Below, piece by piece: positions 18,229 to 28,151 of a DNA stretch of 64,000 nt. The translations under genes were made by a program, and so were the position numbers. Where the stretch lies: NCBI GenBank assembly GCA_016929635.1, contig JAFGIL010000067.1:6010-70009 (forward strand), given 5' to 3'. The notes beneath the pieces are model-generated. The model was not told where the DNA came from. It saw nothing but the letters and a program-made list of their open reading frames with translations, and did not search any database. This DNA comes from Endomicrobiales bacterium (GTDB taxonomy: Bacteria > Elusimicrobiota > Endomicrobiia > Endomicrobiales > JAFGIL01). Positions within the stretch are counted from its first letter, which is position 1; the number at the start of each line of letters is the position of its first letter.

Positions 18229-21200
18229 TTATTTTATTATTATATCAGGATAATAACCGTTATTGGATTTAAAACTCTGCAAATGACCTATTAATGAATT
18301 TATATCCTGGTTTTGCATTCGGGCACAGCCCCGTGTATTCATCAATTGATGTTTTGGCGCCCAAGGATTAGCAAGTTTACTGCCACCACCATGTATATCT
18401 TTTCCACCACTACCCTTTAAACCAATATATCCAGTTCCATACGCACTGCCGTCAGGACTATAGTTGGAGTTTACTATTGGTTTTGATTTTGATCCTTTTA
18501 ACACATGGTCAATTTCATAAACACCTTTTTCCTGTGTCCCATATTTCGCTTCAGCAGAGAAGACTTCATTATTGTTATTATCATACATTTTAATAGTATT
18601 CCCAGCCTGGTCATATTCAACCCTAGCAGCAGAAGCTGACCGATCAACACCTAAAGCATCCTGAGCCTGAGCTACCTGTTCCTCCTGTTGTTGAACATTA
18701 TTCCCTGTAGAAGCGTTTGCTACAGCATTCACTCCATACGCAAGCATGCTCATTCCAAAAGCAGTAAGAAATGCTTCCCCTTCTTTTCCTTTTTCCGCCC
18801 CGCTCATAGCCATAAGTCCAGATAGACCCGCACTTCCCATAGTACCCCATATCCCACCACTCATTCCATCTGCAACTCCTGCCATAACAAAACTAGAACC
18901 AAAGCTTAATATTCCTTGTCCCACCATATCCATATTCCCACTCATCAGACCTGCCATTGCCTGTGTGCCGCTCATCATCATATTTGCCGTACTGTAAACC
19001 TCCATAGCCGTAGCAATAAATTTAGCTGCATAGATTAAACCAATCCAAATATGGCCTGATGGATCTGTATATATTATGGGATTATTCCTGCAATATGCAT
19101 ACCTGTTTAAACTTTGTGGATCATACGGGCTTTGAATAATCGTATCAGGGGTTAAGAAAATACCAAGAGCAGGGTCATAGTATCGAGCTCCGTAATAATA
19201 TAATCCAGTATTATCATCTAAACGCTGCCCTGTGAATTTATGTTCATTGTCGGGTGAGCCTGATTCATAACATACAGCCCCAAATGGTAAATAATCCGTA
19301 TTTTTTACTATATCACTGCCGTTTGATATACTCCTAACGCTTCCAAGATGATCATGGTGAAAATAATACAATCCTGTTTTTGTACTATCAATTGCAACAC
19401 GTTGGTCACCTGCATATATATAATTTATTTGTTCATCCAAAATGCTGTTAATATAAGTTTCCTCATAGATTGTTCCAATATAGACAGTTGACTGGATTGC
19501 CGATTGCCCGGGAATGACAGAAGAAATGGTTTTTTTCACACGTTGTCCTTGCCAGTCATATGTGAATTCAACTACCTGACCTTCTGCAGTTACTATCTTT
19601 ATAGGCTGGTTATTAACATTATAAAATATTCTCCTTCCATTAAGCACATCCATGTTTCCATTCCCATCTTTGTGCATTGTATACATATGCTGTTTTAGGC
19701 CATCTGCTATTTCCTGCTCTTGGCTAGAGCTGTAACCCAACAGTTCTTCTTCCGTAATCTCATCCTTATCAGGAGTTGATGCCTCTTCCCCACCCTCATC
19801 CTCAGAAGGTGGAATATAAAATGAATTAATATCACACACTCCGCCTTGATATCCCCATACACATACTGTTGCGCTGCTTATACTTTTACCAACCGTATTC
19901 TCAGCTATTGTCTGAACCGCATCCTTGTTCCCACCTGAACTTATACCGCCGTTCCATCCTACACGCAAAGGACCTGATATATTCGCATCTAACTGATTGT
20001 ATATATTCACAACTAATTCGGGACTCCATTCCGATTCGTTGCTGTTTTCATCTACTGCTTTTACTTTAACAAGATAAATATAATCTGTTGTCCATGTATG
20101 AGTTGCAATTATCTGCTCCCCGCTAGTATAAAAACCTGTTTCTTCAAGCCCAGAACCGTCATCCCAATCTATAACATACTTCATCTGGTCATAATCCATA
20201 TCAACTGCTTTAAATTTAAAACTATAAGACACATTCTTTTGACCATAAAAATCGCCAGGACCTGACACTGATTCAGGCATGTATGGCTGATTTGGATTTA
20301 AATTCGGCGCAGACTCATATAAGCTTGTTATCTCCGTTGAGCTTAATGCTACACTGTAAATGTTCACTTCGTCCATTATTCCCGTGAGTCCTGTTCCCAA
20401 GATAACAGGTTCCTGCGTCGTATCTATTGTTCCGCTTGCAGACACTTCTGCTTCCAGTTCACCATTAAAATAGAGCCTCATATTTGAGCCATCGTACGTC
20501 ATTGCAAGATGCATCCAAGTATTCAATCTGGCATCTATGTCTTTAGTTATATTTGCTGTCTTAATGCCTCCTGATAAATATAGCTTTCCTTCAACACTGC
20601 TACCTGTGATTTTTCCAAATCTGAATGAATTGCTTTTTGAAATAACATAATCACTACTGTTTGACTGGGGACGCACCCAGAACTCTACAGTTATCTGTTC
20701 TTTCGGGCTTAATGTTTTCGAATTTTTAATTTCAGCTGTCGAGCTTCCGTTAAATAATAATCCTTTACCTATTTTTCCATTATCATACTGTTGTGTTCCG
20801 CCATAAAAATTTAAATCCGACGTATCTTCGAAACCTCCGAAATATATATCCTGGCAATCAGTTTCCTTAGTAATATTGCCCAGAGTATCATAAGAATACG
20901 TTTTTGTGCCGTAACCGTAAATGTCCTGTGCCTGTGTAAGCCTGTATAAATCATCATATGTAAAATCCTGGTGAGTTGAGGCAAGATTGTCTGTTATCCT
21001 TGTGATGTTCCCAACATTATCATACTGATATTCATAATCCATATATTTTGTTTCGGATGCATTCTTGGTTATTAACCTGGTTAACATTAAAGTGTCTGAA
21101 TTATATGTATATGTGGTTCTAATACCATTGCCATATAGCAACTCAGCTAGCTTACCTGGTAGAGTTGTACTGGGGTCAAGGGCTGCATAAGTAAAAGTAC

Positions 21201-24200
21201 CTTGGGGATTTTTTACGGCTGAAAGGGTACTCTTATTATAATCAAATTTTATGGTTTTTCCCGTGTCATCTGCTTTAGGATACGTCAAAGTTTTTTCTCT
21301 ACCCACAGCATCGTACGTATTGCTTGAAATATACACTATACCGTCTATTGTGCGGGTTTTTCTTATATTGTTTCCAAGATTGTCATATTCAAACTCAGTT
21401 ACTCCAGCTAAATCCTCAACTTTCACAAGCCTTCCAGTAGAATACTCCACAGAAAAGTCATCGTAATAATAAGTAGTATTCCCGTCAAGCGTAGATTTGA
21501 TAACCAGCCTGTTTAATCTGTCATAAGTCATAGTTGTTTCCTGATCTTTCTCGTCTTCCTGCCATATAAGGTTCCCGTTTGAATCATAATCATATTCCCA
21601 AGTACCCATTTGTAGATCTGTCATCGATATTTTTCTTCCAAGATTGTCATATGTTATAGTTGTTTCCTGATTCTGAGAGTTTGTTATTTCTATAAGATTA
21701 CCTAAGACGTCGTATTCATATGTGGTTGTATATTTATCATAATTATCATTATTGTATTCATCTACTTGTACAATATTCCCATATGCGCCTCTATGAAATG
21801 ATTTCTGGTTTCCGTTCTCATCCGTTATTGTTTCTTCCCATCCATAGTACACAGTTGTAGAATACGTGCTGTCAGGGTTTGTTACTTTTGTCACTCTTCC
21901 CAGTGCGTCATATTCTGTTGTTGTTTTTGGTTTACCTGTTGGGGGTGTTTCATAGCCAGTTGAAAAGTCATCAACATATGGCAAATAAGCATTTTCTATT
22001 AATCCCCTACAATTATAAACTACATCCCCTGTTACAATCTGATGGTTATCAAAATTCGGAGACCTGGTCTGCATAGTCCTTCCTAAACCATCTAAAAATT
22101 TATATGTATCCAAGGTTTCATTTGAATTGTGATATACTTTCTGTTTAGTTACTATCCTATGAGGCGGAGTTCCGATATTATATGTATAGCTTAACGTAGG
22201 GACAAAGTAGGTATCCTGATCATTTGGACCCCTTAATTCTATAACTCTGCCAAAATTGTCATATTCGTAAGTAGTCTTCTGGCCATTTGGATCAATATAC
22301 TCATTTACAAGCCAGGTAAAAGTCCCATTATAAGTGTAGTATTTACTATGACCAAGTACGTTTGTTACTGTGGATACAAACTGATGATATGTTTCATCAT
22401 AATCTTTGTGAATATAGTTTCCATCCGTACCGCTGGAATTAACCCATTTAGGATCATACTCATCCGTAATGTTGCCATATTTATCATATTTGAATATTGC
22501 AGTAGAAAATACAGTCGAATAAATCCACCTTTGTATTTCAGTAAGATTAGTTTTACCATCATTTATATCTTCATATACGTATAACGTTTCCTGTTCCTTA
22601 TTCTGCCCTACAACTAAACCTTCATATACAACTTCACGTGTTTTTAAACCTACAATATAATCATCTTCATTAGTGCTGAATTCCCTATATACAGTTTTTT
22701 CATCATTATCAGTCCTTACTTCACCGTAATTTTGTATTACTGTAACATTACCGTAATTATCATAAGTATATTCAACGCACGTTTCCTTTTCTATTTCCTG
22801 GTTTGCATAAACATAACTTTCAGTGCGAATAAGTTCAGGTAAGTATACTGCATAAAGAGTGCCGCACGGCTGACTGGAATCATATGTATTTTTAGCACGT
22901 GTTAACAACACTGCGCTTGAATTATACTTTGAAACTTCATCCACTTTTCCTTTAAAAATATTAATGTCATCTTCGGGATCATCATCTTGCAAGAATTTGG
23001 TTATGGTATAGTTACCCTCTGCTTCTATTGTCTTTACCTCGCCAAATCCCAAGAACTCTTTACTTTGCCAGGGGTTTCTGTCATATAAACCATTAGAATA
23101 CTCATAGTTAACTGTAACACAATTATCCATTCCGTCATTTGTAGCAATTGAGGTTGCTATATGCGCTACAAAGGGTAGTCCCTCACAATCATCTTTATTA
23201 TAAACAGAATAATTAATATCTGTTGTACTTCCTAGTGAATTTTCCACTTGATCCATTAGGTTTATTGCAGGGCCATCTGTTATTAATCCCCATGTCTCAT
23301 TATAATATGTCTGTCCACCTTTCTTTCCATAGCCATAATATGCAATGTCTTTTTTCCCATCTCCGTTAAAATCACCAGCACTCCACGAATAATTATGTTC
23401 AGCCCATGTAGTTGTATCAAGTTCAGCCCAGTCTGAAAATTCAAAATAACCATTTTTATTTATGCCAATAGATAATTTATGATAATGTCCACTCAACCCA
23501 TTATTGTAACTTGAAACATCTAGTAGCCCATCTCCGTTGAAATCTCCCAGGAGAACATAGTTCCATATTTGATATTCTGACCAACTGGTTTTTTCAAATG
23601 TATTATCACCTTTATTTAACCCTATCCAATGTTTGTCAACATCGGATCTATAATAATATATATCGCTTAAGCCATCTGAATTGAAATCTGCCACTGCCCA
23701 ATACCATTGTGAATCTCCTCCAAGTGGCGGGGCACTCCCAAAATCTGTCCCTGTCGGGTTTATCCAACTGAAACTATTCTGTCCATTACTTACACCTACG
23801 CATAAAGTATTATCTTTATAAAAAAAGATATCACTGGCACCGTCCCCATTTATATCTCCCACACTCCATGTTCCTGTATTAAAAGGAGCATCACCCAATG
23901 ATACCGATTCACTCCATGAGCTAAATGTAAAACTCTCATCACCGTTATTGATTCCTACTTCCGTTACATAAAGAAAATGCCCTGTATAAGGAGGGTTTGG
24001 CGGGCCAGGGACCCATACTTTAGAATAAAAACAAATATCACTATATCCGTCATTGTTAAAATCACCAACTCTAAATGTCTTTGATATTTCAGTCCAATAA
24101 GAGCTAAAACTCGAATCAGTATACCATACACTGAAAGTAAATGTATCGCTTCCATTACTTAAACCAACGTATATATCACCTGTATTATTGTTCATAAAAC

Positions 24201-25509
24201 ATATATCATATCTTCCATTTTTATTAAAATCACCTACACTAAAACTCTCTGAATTATATACAGCTTGATTGGCCCAATTTGTAAAGCTCATAGTTCCATT
24301 ACTGTATTCTCCAACAAGAATTTTTGTTTCTGCAGCTCTATAGAAACACACCTCATCTATGCCATCTCCATCAAAGTCTGCTGTTTTCCATGTGCGATTG
24401 AACGGATCGCTGCCAAAATCATCTGTGTTCCAGTTACCAAATGTCATTGTTTCAGGTATATCCTGATAACTAAATTGTGTTTCGGGTAAAGAATTATCAT
24501 CATTCAATCCAATTCTTTTAATTGATGAAAGCATTGATAAACCAGCGGAGTTTGTAATGTAACTAAATTCATATTTAGATATTAAAGCAGCGGGTGATTG
24601 AAGTTTATAAATCTCTATTGATTTTAGACGTTTATCTATTCTTTGCTCAATACCGGGGTTATATTTCGTTATAACATCTGGACGAGCAGATGCCTCTAGA
24701 TAAAATTCAATTTTATATTTTGGATTTTCATCAATATCTTTATTATCATTTAAATAACGACCAGTATATTTTATAATATCTGAGAGCACAGGTTCTCCTT
24801 CCCCACCACCCCCAGAAGTGCTTGATGTCCTTGGAGAATAATATACAACTGTGTTTGTTTCTTCGCTGTATATGTTTTCAAAAGTCATATAGTTACGATT
24901 GGTATCTTCTATTTCTGATAATCCCCAGTGAAATACCTGGTATGTGCTTGAGTCTATCGTTTTTGTGCTGATTTTAAGAAACGTGTATTTCTTTCCTGTT
25001 TTATCTTTTGCCTCCCATGTCTTATCATCAGGATAGTACTTAAATTCCATAAAAGAACCTTCTATCTGAGTCCTATATTCCCAGTAATCATCCGCTGTTC
25101 CGTTAATCCTTACCAGTTCGCTACTTTGTCCTCCAAAATTAACAATAAACGTATCTGAGGTTCCATTTGAATCATCATCATATTTTGGAACGCCATTGGA
25201 TGTTTTTCTTTGAATAGAACCCATTGACAAACTCCATCCCTGACCACATATCCCATTTCCTGATTGGGAGTTATAAATAAGTTGTAAATTCGGTTGTATA
25301 CCGTTGCGACCAGAGGGTACTTCTATAGGATATGAATAGGTGAATGCTCCTGTATACAGTGAAACGCTGTTTGAACCTGTAGGAGCAAGGTTTCCTGGAT
25401 TTGGACCTGCTGATTCAACTGCAAATGCTATGTTAGTGATTATTGTTAATGCAAGTACTAAATAGAAAACAAAAAGGAAGGTTTTGAGGATTGGCTTCTT
25501 TATTTTCAT
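18229..25509 (-). CDS. Giant RHS/YD-repeat polymorphic toxin (signal peptide-SpvB-FG-GAP-TcdB_midN-YD-LamG-PKD-RHS core-toxin tip)
   Basis: SpvB 'TGAFTYSYPIEVPSGRNGIQPNLQLIYNSQ..NG..GQGWSL'; many 'GDFNGDG..D' repeats; 'EFLGFGEV'; YD repeats; 'FTGQRLD..TGLYYYGARYYDP.LG.FL.PD...LNRYAYCRNNP..YTDPSGH'. Confidence 0.95.
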   Translation of the reverse strand: MKIKKPILKTFLFVFYLVLALTIITNIAFAVESAGPNPGNLAPTGSNSVSLYTGAFTYSYPIEVPSGRNGIQPNLQLIYNSQSGNGICGQGWSLSMGSIQRKTSNGVPKYDDDSNGTSDTFIVNFGGQSSELVRINGTADDYWEYRTQIEGSFMEFKYYPDDKTWEAKDKTGKKYTFLKISTKTIDSSTYQVFHWGLSEIEDTNRNYMTFENIYSEETNTVVYYSPRTSSTSGGGGEGEPVLSDIIKYTGRYLNDNKDIDENPKYKIEFYLEASARPDVITKYNPGIEQRIDKRLKSIEIYKLQSPAALISKYEFSYITNSAGLSMLSSIKRIGLNDDNSLPETQFSYQDIPETMTFGNWNTDDFGSDPFNRTWKTADFDGDGIDEVCFYRAAETKILVGEYSNGTMSFTNWANQAVYNSESFSVGDFNKNGRYDICFMNNNTGDIYVGLSNGSDTFTFSVWYTDSSFSSYWTEISKTFRVGDFNNDGYSDICFYSKVWVPGPPNPPYTGHFLYVTEVGINNGDESFTFSSWSESVSLGDAPFNTGTWSVGDINGDGASDIFFYKDNTLCVGVSNGQNSFSWINPTGTDFGSAPPLGGDSQWYWAVADFNSDGLSDIYYYRSDVDKHWIGLNKGDNTFEKTSWSEYQIWNYVLLGDFNGDGLLDVSSYNNGLSGHYHKLSIGINKNGYFEFSDWAELDTTTWAEHNYSWSAGDFNGDGKKDIAYYGYGKKGGQTYYNETWGLITDGPAINLMDQVENSLGSTTDINYSVYNKDDCEGLPFVAHIATSIATNDGMDNCVTVNYEYSNGLYDRNPWQSKEFLGFGEVKTIEAEGNYTITKFLQDDDPEDDINIFKGKVDEVSKYNSSAVLLTRAKNTYDSSQPCGTLYAVYLPELIRTESYVYANQEIEKETCVEYTYDNYGNVTVIQNYGEVRTDNDEKTVYREFSTNEDDYIVGLKTREVVYEGLVVGQNKEQETLYVYEDINDGKTNLTEIQRWIYSTVFSTAIFKYDKYGNITDEYDPKWVNSSGTDGNYIHKDYDETYHQFVSTVTNVLGHSKYYTYNGTFTWLVNEYIDPNGQKTTYEYDNFGRVIELRGPNDQDTYFVPTLSYTYNIGTPPHRIVTKQKVYHNSNETLDTYKFLDGLGRTMQTRSPNFDNHQIVTGDVVYNCRGLIENAYLPYVDDFSTGYETPPTGKPKTTTEYDALGRVTKVTNPDSTYSTTVYYGWEETITDENGNQKSFHRGAYGNIVQVDEYNNDNYDKYTTTYEYDVLGNLIEITNSQNQETTITYDNLGRKISMTDLQMGTWEYDYDSNGNLIWQEDEKDQETTMTYDRLNRLVIKSTLDGNTTYYYDDFSVEYSTGRLVKVEDLAGVTEFEYDNLGNNIRKTRTIDGIVYISSNTYDAVGREKTLTYPKADDTGKTIKFDYNKSTLSAVKNPQGTFTYAALDPSTTLPGKLAELLYGNGIRTTYTYNSDTLMLTRLITKNASETKYMDYEYQYDNVGNITRITDNLASTHQDFTYDDLYRLTQAQDIYGYGTKTYSYDTLGNITKETDCQDIYFGGFEDTSDLNFYGGTQQYDNGKIGKGLLFNGSSTAEIKNSKTLSPKEQITVEFWVRPQSNSSDYVISKSNSFRFGKITGSSVEGKLYLSGGIKTANITKDIDARLNTWMHLAMTYDGSNMRLYFNGELEAEVSASGTIDTTQEPVILGTGLTGIMDEVNIYSVALSSTEITSLYESAPNLNPNQPYMPESVSGPGDFYGQKNVSYSFKFKAVDMDYDQMKYVIDWDDGSGLEETGFYTSGEQIIATHTWTTDYIYLVKVKAVDENSNESEWSPELVVNIYNQLDANISGPLRVGWNGGISSGGNKDAVQTIAENTVGKSISSATVCVWGYQGGVCDINSFYIPPSEDEGGEEASTPDKDEITEEELLGYSSSQEQEIADGLKQHMYTMHKDGNGNMDVLNGRRIFYNVNNQPIKIVTAEGQVVEFTYDWQGQRVKKTISSVIPGQSAIQSTVYIGTIYEETYINSILDEQINYIYAGDQRVAIDSTKTGLYYFHHDHLGSVRSISNGSDIVKNTDYLPFGAVCYESGSPDNEHKFTGQRLDDNTGLYYYGARYYDPALGIFLTPDTIIQSPYDPQSLNRYAYCRNNPIIYTDPSGHIWIGLIYAAKFIATAMEVYSTANMMMSGTQAMAGLMSGNMDMVGQGILSFGSSFVMAGVADGMSGGIWGTMGSAGLSGLMAMSGAEKGKEGEAFLTAFGMSMLAYGVNAVANASTGNNVQQQEEQVAQAQDALGVDRSASAARVEYDQAGNTIKMYDNNNNEVFSAEAKYGTQEKGVYEIDHVLKGSKSKPIVNSNYSPDGSAYGTGYIGLKGSGGKDIHGGGSKLANPWAPKHQLMNTRGCARMQNQDINSLIGHLQSFKSNNGYYPDIIIK

Positions 25510-25836
25510 GTTACACCCCTATATTGTGTATTATGGGTAGTCTGGATACAGGATAGATAAAGCGTTCCTATTCTATCTAATTAACCTGAAAATGTCAAAT
25601 AAATTTTTTCTACATTTTTTGGCACAATTTTACTAAAAATAATGCCCCTAAGCCCCTCTGTTTTCACCAATCCTTGCGCTTACATATAATATGACAAACG
25701 AATGTTGATTTTCTTCCCTCATTGTAAAAAAATCTCCCCTTATTCTAAGTGGGGGAGATAGTAAAAGAGGCTTAATTTCGGAGGTATCCCTGAGAAATAA
25801 TTTCCCTGATAATACTTAAAAAAGAAAATATCAAAC

Positions 25837-25870
25837 AAAAAAACCACATCTCTTTCAAGATATGGTTTTA
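25837..25870 (-). terminator. Rho-independent terminator
   Basis: minus strand AAAACCATATCTTGAAAGAGATGTGGTTTTTTT. Confidence 0.65.
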
Positions 25871-26026
25871 TTAATTGATTTTTCAATATTTTTTGTTAAC
25901 AGGTCCCTTAATAGACGATTTTATAATTATGCCTTATGATAGCATATGCATAAATCAAACAGCAAATTACCTGCAAATATCATAGAGGAAAGTTAGCGAA
26001 AGGATAAATTACTAATTTAATTAGGT

Positions 26027-26722
26027 TTAATACCATTCTATTGTAGCAGTATATGCACCTATGCCAGGATTCCAGTTTGTGATACCTATATACAATTCAC
26101 CAGGCATGACATTATTTGTTATAAATTCATCTCCAATTCCATAACCTGTAGTTTTAGAGGAAGATATCTTAAAAACAAGAGATTGACAAGGACGTTGACC
26201 ATCAAACCATGAATAGGCAATATGTGTATCACTAGTATCACCTTCGGGACCAGTTGTTCCATAATATGAAGAAGTAACTTGTCCTGTACCAGTCATCTTT
26301 ATTTTATCCCCTATCTGTATATATAAATGTGTATTGGTTGGATCTGCTGCCTGTACAAACGGTATATAAAAGGATTGTAATAGTCCAATATTACTTTTTT
26401 TTACTTCTCCATATACAGTTATTACTTTCAGCTCTCCTGGTCTTATACCTGATGAGGGCAACGTAAAAGTGATTGAAGTATCACTCCAAGAAGTAATAGC
26501 TGTTAACTCAATGTCGTTAAGATACAATTTGCTACTTCCTTGTGAATCCCCAAAATTTTCACCTGTAATGGTTACAGATTCGCCCATAACCATAGGACTT
26601 GGAGAAACACTGTTGATACCAGCATTATCATTCGATGCACCAGTAATCATTCTATTTATTAGCGGACGCTGCTCGCATCCTAAAAATAACAATATAATAA
26701 TTAACACAAAATATTTCTTCAT
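26027..26722 (-). CDS. Lipoprotein with IPT/TIG domain and PA-IL(LecA)-like C-terminal beta domain
   Basis: Lipobox 'FLGC'; IPT 'INSVSPS....GESVTITGENFG...G.S.LYLN......SWSDTSITFTLP'; C-terminal 'GDKIKMTGTG...GELYIGI.N....GAYTATI'. Confidence 0.7.
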   Translation of the reverse strand: MKKYFVLIIILLFLGCEQRPLINRMITGASNDNAGINSVSPSPMVMGESVTITGENFGDSQGSSKLYLNDIELTAITSWSDTSITFTLPSSGIRPGELKVITVYGEVKKSNIGLLQSFYIPFVQAADPTNTHLYIQIGDKIKMTGTGQVTSSYYGTTGPEGDTSDTHIAYSWFDGQRPCQSLVFKISSSKTTGYGIGDEFITNNVMPGELYIGITNWNPGIGAYTATIEWY

Positions 26723-26726
26723 TCTA

Positions 26727-27746
26727 TTACCAATTATATGATAATCCGCCGTTTATTGTAATTCCTGTCAAATCAGTTTCTTTCATTAAATAATGGTTAT
26801 AAAGTATTTCAATCTGAAACCCTAAATTATAACTTTGTGTTAAATCCAGACCTATTCCAACCTTCATTAATGGGTCAAAAGAGATTTCAGATACAGTTTT
26901 ATTTAACATACTGGATGAAACAGCGCTTTTTCCATATGACATTCCTAAACCAGTTTTGCTATATATTTCAAAAACAAATGGAAGAGATAAATAGTGCTGT
27001 ATATTGAAAGAAGAGGGTATGTATTCTATTTTATAATCTGATTGACTATTAGAGTCTTTAGTTCTTTCAATTGTAAAATAACCAATTTCTAGTTCTGTAT
27101 AAGTATTGTCTATTTTAATAAACGGCATTCCTTGCTTTCTAAATGAAATGTTATAATTTAATGAGTTTGAATCTACGTTTTTTATACCTCCTAAAAAAAT
27201 AAAACTTCCTATATTAGTTCTTATACAGTTTTTTGTTATTCTTCTTCTAGAATGTTTTCTGGATTCTGTTTTCTTTTTAGTCATAGACTCTGCTATTAAT
27301 ATGGCTAAATCATTTGCTTTATTTGGTAACTCTTCCTGACTCTTACAACTCACTTTTTCTGAATGAACTATTTTGCCCGTTTCTATATCAACAACACTGG
27401 CGGTTATATAGTACTGTTTTGCAAATACTGTTAAATTACCAATAATCATTTTTTGAACATTCAGCAACTTTCCCATTTTTACAGCACATTTATAATCCGT
27501 GCATCCGCTTAATTGAAAGTTTTGTTCGGCTAGTACTATATCCATATTACCGCGTTCCAGCACATTGAAAAGATTGGTATTTACTAGACCTGTACGAAAG
27601 AAATTACTAATTGTTACCGCATCTGATAAAGGCACATTTTCCGCAGAAAACTCAGCAACACCAACATTCAGAACGTCATCAGCTGCAATAACTTTATTTG
27701 TAACTGCTAAAATAGATATTAAAACTATTAAGATTAATTTTCTCAT
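26727..27746 (-). CDS. CsgG/HfaB-like domain fused to an outer-membrane beta-barrel
   Basis: Signal peptide; 'VGVAEF', 'FNVLERGNMDIVLAEQNFQLSGCTD..CAVKMGKLLNV', 'VDIETGKI'; C-terminal strands ending 'GGLSYNW'. Confidence 0.8.
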   Translation of the reverse strand: MRKLILIVLISILAVTNKVIAADDVLNVGVAEFSAENVPLSDAVTISNFFRTGLVNTNLFNVLERGNMDIVLAEQNFQLSGCTDYKCAVKMGKLLNVQKMIIGNLTVFAKQYYITASVVDIETGKIVHSEKVSCKSQEELPNKANDLAILIAESMTKKKTESRKHSRRRITKNCIRTNIGSFIFLGGIKNVDSNSLNYNISFRKQGMPFIKIDNTYTELEIGYFTIERTKDSNSQSDYKIEYIPSSFNIQHYLSLPFVFEIYSKTGLGMSYGKSAVSSSMLNKTVSEISFDPLMKVGIGLDLTQSYNLGFQIEILYNHYLMKETDLTGITINGGLSYNW

Positions 27747-27920
27747 TTGTTTTAGATTATATCATATTAGCTATAAATCTCAAAACCTCTTAAAAATTAT
27801 CTTTTTGAAGTTTAAAAAGCACGATTTATAATTAACATGGAAGGGTAAGGCTGGGTGTCAAGCATTCCCCATACTATACTATATAAGCTCTATTTGAATT
27901 CCCCCCATAGGGGGTGGTAA

Positions 27921-27943
27921 AAAAGTTTGTCTAAAGTTTGTCT
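27921..27943 (+). promoter_or_regulatory. Putative integrase arm-type binding sites (right)
   Basis: aaaagtttgtctaaagtttgtct, same orientation as 5267-5289. Confidence 0.7.
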
Positions 27944-28076
27944 ATGTATAGCCAGAAATACACATAAACAGCCAGTAAATCAACTTTTTAAGCCTTGTTA
28001 TATAAGATTAGGTTTTATGGTATGTTTCCGTCTTAAAAGAAGTGTTAAGCAGAGGGCTTTTTGTTGGTTTATGGTT

Positions 28077-28151
28077 TGGGCTCGGATAGGATTCGAACCT
28101 CTAACCTTTTGATTCGTAGTCAAACGCTCTATCCAGTTGAGCTATGAGCGC
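28077..28151 (-). pseudogene. tRNA-Arg(ACG) copy with divergent 3' end (right att site)
   Basis: Identical to the intact tRNA through TTCGAATCCT, then ATCCGAGCCCA instead of CTTGAGCGCG, which disrupts the T and acceptor stems. Confidence 0.85.

Noticed and set aside
23300-24400. Nucleotide-level repeats in the RHS gene (similar ones in the WD40 gene, 47650-48480)
   Set aside because: Explained by FG-GAP and WD40 protein repeats, not independent DNA elements.
25619-25635. TGGCAC motif upstream of the RHS gene as a sigma54 promoter
   Set aside because: Wrong strand for the toxin gene and no TTGC at the -12 position.
5237-27746. Calling the island a prophage because of Int, Xis and an S74 tail-fibre domain
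   Set aside because: No terminase, portal, capsid, tail or lysis genes are recognisable, and the S74 protein has a signal peptide.
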